DNA of 23,435 bases from Planctomycetota bacterium (GTDB lineage Bacteria; Planctomycetota; GCA-002687715; DRQF01). The notes under the pieces were generated by a model. It was not told the origin of the DNA, did not search any database, and saw only the letters and a list, made by a program, of their open reading frames with translations. Location of the stretch: the NCBI GenBank assembly GCA_027001995.1, contig JALTLO010000044.1:1-23435 (forward strand), in the 5' to 3' direction. Position numbers and translations under genes: made by a program. Each line of letters opens with the position of its first letter. Position 1 is the first letter of the stretch. Below, one piece after another: positions 17,325 to 23,435 of the stretch.

Positions 17325-18134
17325 ATGAACAAAAGACAAAATCTCCCCCTCGCTGCTTTAGTTTTTTGCGTCATGATTGGCACCATTCCCGGGTGCGGAA
17401 GTGACAGTGGCCGCAGCAAAAGGAGCGTTATCGACATGACTTGGTCTGGGGGACGGGGATATTCGACAGACTACAATCGTAGCCGTGATCGTTACCGAGG
17501 CTTGGTGCAACAAATTCGTCTGTATGATGAAAAATACTATGAAAGTCACGTTCGCACGGAAGATGCCAATGGCAATCCCATCAAGCCTGTTGAACAAGTA
17601 GTCTTCACCGAATCCAAGGCAAACGTCCCCGTCAAGTCGGTCACCACTGCCGGTGTGAAGTCGAAGACTGAGCAAGGGAAGGGAGGTGCCGTTTTTCTAG
17701 ACGCCAATCGCAATGAAGTCCGCCTTGATGACTATCTGGGCAAACCTGTTGTTCTTGTCTTCACGCGAGGATTCCCAGGTTACATTTGCCCCATGTGCAC
17801 CACATACACAGCTCAAATTACCGTCGCTCACCAAAAGTTCAAAGATGCCGGGGCAGAGGTGCTCATTGTCTTCCCAGGAGAGGCATCTCAAGTGGATGAG
17901 TTTATTGATGCTTGCCAGCAAATAGCAGAAACGGATGAGGTCTTGCCTTTCCCGATTCTCATTGACCCAGATTTGGCTGCAGTGAAGGCCTTCAATATCC
18001 GTGCTGATCTTTCTCTTCCAGCAACTTACATTTTTGACAAGAACGGCGATATCGCTTGGGGTTTTGTTGGCGAGCAACCTCACCAACGCCCCAGCGTTGC
18101 TGTGCTTCTTGAAGAAGTTAAGAAACTCAAATAG
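17325..18134 (+). CDS. AhpC/TSA (peroxiredoxin-like/redoxin) lipoprotein with CxxC
   Basis: Lipoprotein-like signal ending IPGC. VRLDDYLGKPVVLVFTRGFPGYICPMC (CPMC at 17787-17798), FPILIDPD, PATYIFDKNGDI. Confidence 0.85.
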   Translation: MNKRQNLPLAALVFCVMIGTIPGCGSDSGRSKRSVIDMTWSGGRGYSTDYNRSRDRYRGLVQQIRLYDEKYYESHVRTEDANGNPIKPVEQVVFTESKANVPVKSVTTAGVKSKTEQGKGGAVFLDANRNEVRLDDYLGKPVVLVFTRGFPGYICPMCTTYTAQITVAHQKFKDAGAEVLIVFPGEASQVDEFIDACQQIAETDEVLPFPILIDPDLAAVKAFNIRADLSLPATYIFDKNGDIAWGFVGEQPHQRPSVAVLLEEVKKLK

Positions 18135-18139
18135 GTCTA

Positions 18140-21100
18140 TTGCCTGTGTCGAACGACAAAACAAACGATGACGCCGACCAAAACGACGAACCGGATCTGA
18201 CAATCTCGACTTCAGGGACCAATGCTTCAGTCGAAGACGATTCCGCTAGTTACGCCAAGACTGTTCGTCATGAGATTCAGCATGTGAGCAAGACAGTCGT
18301 CTCGACCAATACGGATATCGTCGAGGGCTATCAGATCATCTCTATGCTGGGTGAAGGCGGGATGGGTGTTGTCTATCTCGCCAACCAGCGGAGCTTGAGT
18401 CGAAGAGTCGCCTTAAAGCTGATGAAAGACATGGGCGACGATGAGTCTTTCGTTGCTCGGTTTCGTCGAGAGGCAATCACGGGAGCAAGGCTGAATCATC
18501 CCAACATCGTCAGTGTCTATGACCACGGGCATATCGAAGGGAAAGTTTTCTTAGTTCTTGAATACGTCAAAGGTCGCAATTGCAGTGAATTGATTGAACA
18601 GACCGGGCGCTTCCAGGTCAAGACGGTTTTGGAGATCATGCGTGGCTGCGTTCTTGGGTTGAGCCACGCCGAGAAACTTGGGGTGATTCATCGAGACATC
18701 AAACCCGCTAACATTATGATCTTGGAGGAAGAAGGCAGTGATGCCCGCCGCAGTACCAAAGCTCATCCAAAGATTGCTGACTTTGGTCTCGCTCGTCTTC
18801 ATGATCGAGATGATCCGGAACATATTGATCTGACTCAAACCGGAAGCATCATGGGCACCCCCGGATACATGGCACCGGAACAGGCCTTGGGTCATGAGGT
18901 TGATTTTCGGGCCGATATCTACAGCTTGGGCTCAACGATGTACTGCCTCTTGACGGGTAGCAAACCCTTTACCGGAGCTACTATGGTTGAGGTCCTCCAC
19001 AAGAAACTGAATGAACAAGCGCCCAATCCTCAAGATCTGGTCGGGGAAATCAGCAATGAAGTGATCTTGGTCTTGGACCGTATGATGGCGAAAAAAAGGG
19101 AAGATCGCTATCAAACCTATGAGGACCTCTTGATCGATTTGGAAGCCCTCATTGATGGCGAAGTTCCAAAAACGAAAGGTCTGGAACTGCTTGCGAGTAG
19201 CTTGGATGTGGGTGGCCTTGATACGCGCAAGAAGCTAGGAAAAGGTAAAACCCCTGGAGGTCGAGGGAAGAAGGCAAAGATTCTTGCCGTGGTGGGGGGA
19301 GTCGCTCTTGCTTTGGGAGCAGCTTGGGTGGTATGGCCTGCAGAGAAGGAAGTCCCCGCTGTTGTTTCCCAAGATCCCAACGTTGCCAAGCTCAATGCAC
19401 TCTTAGAGGAATGGGGAGGCGATTCCCCTGGGATCTATTTTTCTGCTCTTGAAAGGCGTTCCGTACTCTTTGACGAGGAGTTAAAGCGAGTTTCGGGGAA
19501 TGATGAAAAGACAAGGCTTGAGGAGGATTTTCGCACAATTCTGGCTGATAAATTGGCTCGAAACGAAGATTTTGTGCTGAGTCCCCTCGAGGCCGATTGG
19601 AAGGCCCGGAAGTGGAAGAGTATGGCTCTCGCTTGCGGCATCCTGAAGGGGCACTACCAACAAGCTGGCCTGAGCATACCTGCTCGTCTTAGTACTCTGG
19701 ATGAGTACGCCGGACAAGCGCAGCTCGGAAACATGGCAAAGGTAGAAGAAGAAGCCATTGCCAAGTTGATGAATGCGGAGCCAAGCAAGGCCACCTTAGA
19801 CGAGCTATTGGCCTTTTCCAACCGATTTCCGTTTAGCCCTAGTCTGAGTTGGGTGAAGCAAGAGATTCTTCGGATACAGCCTCTGGTGAGGGCGGCGGAG
19901 CAGAGTAGGCCGATTCGATTGGACTCCGTTTGGGATCAACTCGTTGCCCAATCACCTAGGGCTTTTATCGAGGCCTATACAAAAATGGGAGATGAATGGA
20001 AAAGGGAGCTCGCTGACGTTCCCAGTTCAAAGCGCAAGAATGCCGAGGAACGTTTAAGGGAACTTCTTAAGGACAATGGGGAGCTGGTCATTGCCGAAAC
20101 AACAACGTTTCTCACTCAATTGTGGACTACGAGGGATTATGTTCGGCTGCGGGCTCTCTTGGACGACTCTGCAACTCTTATCAAGAGGATAGGTCTTGAA
20201 GAGCCAGAATCTTGGGAACAGTTTCATCGGGTCGCTTCAGCTTCGAAAGATCGTTTGGGTCTTCAAGAAAAAATGGCATGGAAGGCTATCACGTCAGAAA
20301 AGGATGCCCTACTTCGTGTTCAACAACTTGAAGATTACATAGCGGAGTTCGCCTCATTCTCACCGACCATAGATGCTGCCCGATCCATGTATGCTGCGGA
20401 TTGCAAGAAAGCGCCCGCCTTGATCTTTGACGTGGAACCTGAGAGCGCATCGATCACTGTTAACGGCATTCAACTCAAGAAGAGTGATTGGAACGGTCAC
20501 CATTTGCCCGAAGACTTAGAGGTGTCCATTACTGCTCCTGGATATTTCGAGTCTAAACACGAATTGTCGCATCAAGGGGAAAAGACGGAGTTGATCGTTA
20601 GGTTGATCAAGAAGTCAAGGAACGATGTTTCGATTGACTTGAGCAAGAACGCCAACGTCCCTCTATCTGTTGACCCGCGGAATTCACGCAAGTCACCATT
20701 TCCTTTTGCTAAGGGTCTTCAACAGGGGGTCGCAACGGAAGAGGCGGGTTTACGTGTTGTCACGGTGGACAAGAAAAGAAAGAAATGGTGGTCAACTTCC
20801 CGCAGTTTGTTTGACAACATGATTGGCAAGGTCGTTTTCCCTCAAGGTGAAGAACATTTTTGGCAATTGCATGGACGTTTGATTCACCAAGAAGGCGCCA
20901 TGGAAGTGCGGCTTTTGAATGCTGCTGACGACCGTTCGGTGGTTCTTGGAATTCATCTCAATAGTGATGGCAAGAAAGAGTTCTACTTTGGTGAACGCCA
21001 GGACAAGAAGCTTGATGTCACTTATAAGGCTCCCATTACCAACAACGAGAGCGCCATTCGTTTTTCATTGTCTTGGTACGGTGATATCTGTGTCTTGGGT

Positions 21101-21253
21101 GTTTGTGATACATTAGAAGGGCACCCGGCAAAGGCCCGGATCTTGGCCTCGATTAATTATCTTCATCCGCTTGGCAAGCCCCAATCCATTGCATTGGCTG
21201 CCAGTCAAGGGGGAGGCATTTTTGCTGAACTGAAGCTTTACCCGATGCAGTGA
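18140..21253 (+). CDS. Serine/threonine protein kinase with a single TM and a large extracytoplasmic region including a PEGA-like domain
   Basis: LGEGGMGVVY, VALK, HRDIKPANIM, DFGLAR, GTPGYMAPEQ, DIYSLG. TM segment ILAVVGGVALALGAAWVVW. PEGA-like DVEPESASITVNG...VSITAPGY. The TTG start is uncertain. Confidence 0.92.
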   Translation: MPVSNDKTNDDADQNDEPDLTISTSGTNASVEDDSASYAKTVRHEIQHVSKTVVSTNTDIVEGYQIISMLGEGGMGVVYLANQRSLSRRVALKLMKDMGDDESFVARFRREAITGARLNHPNIVSVYDHGHIEGKVFLVLEYVKGRNCSELIEQTGRFQVKTVLEIMRGCVLGLSHAEKLGVIHRDIKPANIMILEEEGSDARRSTKAHPKIADFGLARLHDRDDPEHIDLTQTGSIMGTPGYMAPEQALGHEVDFRADIYSLGSTMYCLLTGSKPFTGATMVEVLHKKLNEQAPNPQDLVGEISNEVILVLDRMMAKKREDRYQTYEDLLIDLEALIDGEVPKTKGLELLASSLDVGGLDTRKKLGKGKTPGGRGKKAKILAVVGGVALALGAAWVVWPAEKEVPAVVSQDPNVAKLNALLEEWGGDSPGIYFSALERRSVLFDEELKRVSGNDEKTRLEEDFRTILADKLARNEDFVLSPLEADWKARKWKSMALACGILKGHYQQAGLSIPARLSTLDEYAGQAQLGNMAKVEEEAIAKLMNAEPSKATLDELLAFSNRFPFSPSLSWVKQEILRIQPLVRAAEQSRPIRLDSVWDQLVAQSPRAFIEAYTKMGDEWKRELADVPSSKRKNAEERLRELLKDNGELVIAETTTFLTQLWTTRDYVRLRALLDDSATLIKRIGLEEPESWEQFHRVASASKDRLGLQEKMAWKAITSEKDALLRVQQLEDYIAEFASFSPTIDAARSMYAADCKKAPALIFDVEPESASITVNGIQLKKSDWNGHHLPEDLEVSITAPGYFESKHELSHQGEKTELIVRLIKKSRNDVSIDLSKNANVPLSVDPRNSRKSPFPFAKGLQQGVATEEAGLRVVTVDKKRKKWWSTSRSLFDNMIGKVVFPQGEEHFWQLHGRLIHQEGAMEVRLLNAADDRSVVLGIHLNSDGKKEFYFGERQDKKLDVTYKAPITNNESAIRFSLSWYGDICVLGVCDTLEGHPAKARILASINYLHPLGKPQSIALAASQGGGIFAELKLYPMQ

Positions 21254-21281
21254 TAACGGAGGACTCTCCTTTCCGATGCAA

Positions 21282-21333
21282 AAAGAGAGCCTCGCTCCTA
21301 TTGATTCACTTCAATGAACGAGGCTTCTTTCTT
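21282..21333. terminator. Probable bidirectional intrinsic terminator
   Basis: AGCCTCG (21288-21294) pairs with CGAGGCT (21319-21325), with an inner ATTGA/TCAAT stem. It is flanked by A-rich and T-rich tails and lies between convergent genes. Confidence 0.6.
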
Positions 21334-21340
21334 GGCTGTC

Positions 21341-22822
21341 TTAGAAACTGATTTCGACGAAGGCCGTGACTCGCAAAGCATCTCCTTCTTCGCGGTTGGC
21401 ATATTGGGTTTTCCAGAAAATGACGTCCAAGCCACTTTGAACGCCGCTGCCCCAGTCGAATCGCGCCGCAGCATAAAGCGTCCAGTTGGATGCTCTTTGG
21501 GCTAGGTCGAGGTCGTCAAAGTCGGGATTATCGATGGAAGCACCGAATCCGAAGCCGAAGAAATCACTGGTTTGCCAGAAGAACTCGGCGAAACCACCCA
21601 TGCTATCGATCTCTCTTCCCGTTGTTACGTTGATCGATTGGGATATGCCTCCACGAAAGTCTGCAAGTGCTTGGCCAATGAAACCTTCCGCCTTGATGTG
21701 AGCACCTTCAAACAAAGGAATCACAACGTCGAAGGAAAGTGCCCAAGTCGTAAACTCATCTTCCCCAGCAAAGTCGGTGTCTGTCTCCAATTTTCCCCAG
21801 GCACCAGAAACCCCTATGCGAATACGTTCACCCGCAACCCAGGAATCGAAATCGACACCTGCCGCCAATTGAAGATGAGGTTGGCCAGAGTCAAATCCGT
21901 CTCTTTCGGTGGTCAAGAAGCTACCAAATCCGGTATCGGCGTCTAGGTTGTCGACAGCACCTGTTAGGCCAACGGCAAAGGCGATGTGATAGGCAACCCC
22001 GTCGCGACCGCCACCTTCGAAGTAGATTTGTGCCATCGGGCGCCGATCGCCCAAGTTTCCTGTGTCCCAAAGATGACGTTGGTTGTCGACCACTGGATTC
22101 AAAGGAGCCAAGATATCCCAATCTTGTCCGAACCGAAGGCTAAAATTGCCAATCTGAAAGTCAACGTAGGCCAAGAGCAAACGAACCCTTGCCCTTGATT
22201 CAGATTGGTCTTCTGTCTGATTGCTGTCAAAACCCGCGAAGTCAAATTCGAGCTTGCCTCGGACTTGGGCGTCTCCCACTCTGCCTAGGCTGGTATTGAG
22301 ACCGATCGTGCTGCGGCGAGCATTCATCGAAAACTGATCGTCGTTGTTGGAAGCAAATATTCCATCTTCCGGTTGCACCCACTGAGGGTCAATGGTGCGA
22401 TTAAAACGGGAATCGCTGTATGAAGCTTCGAAACGGATGGTGCCATAGAATTGGAGGCTGAAACCGGAGCGACTTATGGAACCACCCCCATAACCGCCAC
22501 CAACTACGGGGTTCCCGCCTAAATCGTCGGTTAGGCTGCCAATCGCATCCATGATGGCGCTGGTTTTATTGTGGTTGAGTTGTTCAGTGGCGTTGAGGCG
22601 TTGGCTCAACTCAGCGTTTTTTTGTTCCGAAGTGAGTAAACGCTGGAGAATCTGCGCACTTTGGCTTTCGATTCGGTGGTTTTGCTCGGCCAGCTTTTGA
22701 TTTTCTTTTTCGAGCTTCCTGACTCGTTCTTCAAGAGTCTGTGCAGAAAGCGACGGAAGGCCGAAAAGAACCGCGATGAGACAGAGTATGATTGACTTAG
22801 AAATGCTATTCGACATGGACAC
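21341..22822 (-). CDS. Outer-membrane beta-barrel porin, DcaP-like, with N-terminal coiled coil
   Basis: SD GGAGGAG 5 nt before the GTG, signal peptide and coiled coil (LEERVRKLEKENQKL). LQFYGTIRFEASY, FSMNARRSTIG, GKLEFDF, RLLLAYV, FGQDWDILAPLNP, alternating beta-strands and a C-terminal Phe (AFVEISF). Confidence 0.8.
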   Translation of the reverse strand: MSMSNSISKSIILCLIAVLFGLPSLSAQTLEERVRKLEKENQKLAEQNHRIESQSAQILQRLLTSEQKNAELSQRLNATEQLNHNKTSAIMDAIGSLTDDLGGNPVVGGGYGGGSISRSGFSLQFYGTIRFEASYSDSRFNRTIDPQWVQPEDGIFASNNDDQFSMNARRSTIGLNTSLGRVGDAQVRGKLEFDFAGFDSNQTEDQSESRARVRLLLAYVDFQIGNFSLRFGQDWDILAPLNPVVDNQRHLWDTGNLGDRRPMAQIYFEGGGRDGVAYHIAFAVGLTGAVDNLDADTGFGSFLTTERDGFDSGQPHLQLAAGVDFDSWVAGERIRIGVSGAWGKLETDTDFAGEDEFTTWALSFDVVIPLFEGAHIKAEGFIGQALADFRGGISQSINVTTGREIDSMGGFAEFFWQTSDFFGFGFGASIDNPDFDDLDLAQRASNWTLYAAARFDWGSGVQSGLDVIFWKTQYANREEGDALRVTAFVEISF

Positions 22823-22846
22823 AATTGCTCCTCCACAAGATACCCA

Positions 22847-22875
22847 AGATTAGGAGCTGATGGCTTAACTGTCAA
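22847..22875 (-). promoter_or_regulatory. Putative sigma70 promoter of the porin gene
   Basis: Minus strand TTGACA (22875-22870), 17-nt spacer, TAATCT (22852-22847). Confidence 0.65.
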
Positions 22876-22988
22876 GCCGATGATCAGTCACAAACCGTTG
22901 GCAGATCGGGAATTCCGCTGATAACGCTTGCCAGGCCATCATCTTTGCTACATGCTTGAAATCCACCGAGTTCTAACGAAGCGAAATA

Positions 22989-23435
22989 ATGGCAATTCTA
23001 CGTCGTGAATCTCACAATTCGACCGCAAATGGTTCTTTGGGCTCTCAGATCGTCCTCCCGATTGTTCTCTTCTTGGTGATGCTGGCTGTTGCCTATTGGG
23101 TCACTTCATGGGCTGAGCGGAGGGTTCAAGTGGTTGTTGGGGATCAGATGGTGAAGCTTCGGGGGGCGACTCAAACGGGATTGTTGGTATGGCTTGAATC
23201 TCGAGAGGGGGCGGCTTTGCTCGCGGCAACCAGTGAGGGGGTCAAGGAATCTTGTGTCGAGATAGCGAGCTTAGATGAGGTCGGCACGAACCCCCGCGCG
23301 ATTCACGCGTCTGCGGCTTTTGCACGATTGCGTGGGGCTCTCGCCGGCGCAGCAGGACATTTCGGCACGGGAGATTTCGTCATTATTCGTCCAGACGGTA
23401 TGACGATGGCCGCATCGAACCCGTCTTTGATGGGG
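22989..23435 (+). CDS. 3'-truncated membrane-anchored sensor protein (TM + probable Cache-like extracytoplasmic domain)
   Basis: Not in the ORF track. The frame is open from the ATG at 22989 to the window end (149 codons): MAILRRES...QIVLPIVLFLVMLAVAYWVTSW (TM), a long helix, then DFVIIRPDGMTMAAS, typical of Cache/PAS-like sensors. Confidence 0.65.
   Translation, partial: MAILRRESHNSTANGSLGSQIVLPIVLFLVMLAVAYWVTSWAERRVQVVVGDQMVKLRGATQTGLLVWLESREGAALLAATSEGVKESCVEIASLDEVGTNPRAIHASAAFARLRGALAGAAGHFGTGDFVIIRPDGMTMAASNPSLMG

Noticed and set aside
17787..17798. Second selenoprotein in the AhpC/TSA-like gene
   Set aside because: Both active-site codons are TGC and there is no in-frame TGA.
4341..18720. 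DNA similarity between the two kinase genes around HRDIKPAN as a repeat or diversity-generating element
   Set aside because: The differences are at synonymous positions, as expected for old paralogues. There is no reverse transcriptase and no adenine-specific variation.
13154..22822. Porin-cytochrome conduit formed by the cytochrome and the beta-barrel gene
   Set aside because: The porin is DcaP-like, convergent and has its own promoter. The cytochrome has only three widely spaced hemes, unlike MtrAB-type modules.
1..23435. Numerous 60-190 aa ORFs overlapping the main genes; CRISPR arrays, tRNA/rRNA, IS elements
   Set aside because: The small ORFs are antisense or off-frame shadows with no recognisable motifs. 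No spaced direct repeats, RNA gene signatures, transposases or integrases were seen.

Overview
Bacterial window, probably Planctomycetota. This is inferred from the Hanks-type Ser/Thr kinases, a planctomycete-type cytochrome c domain and SQPT-rich linkers. In order it holds: a 5'-truncated glycosyltransferase-like/methyltransferase-like/ELM1 fusion facing a second ELM1-family gene, a membrane Ser/Thr kinase, a hidden exported thioredoxin-fold gene, a translationally coupled pair of M14 zinc carboxypeptidase homologues (one intact, one apparently catalytically dead), a glycine-zipper/TPR lipoprotein, an SRPBCC-PhyH fusion, a MarR regulator, a 1358-aa secreted three-heme PKD/beta-helix protein, an AhpC/TSA-like lipoprotein, a second Ser/Thr kinase, a DcaP-like porin and the start of a membrane sensor protein. 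The main result is that the track ORFs 5267..5500 and 5621..6220 appear to be one gene (5279..6220). Its in-frame TGA at 5498-5500 sits at the first position of a thioredoxin CxxC site (U-P-P-C) and is followed by a SECIS-like hairpin with a GGUC loop, so it is a likely unannotated, exported selenoprotein. No rRNA, tRNA, CRISPR array or mobile element was recognised. Family assignments come from motif recognition by eye, not database searches.
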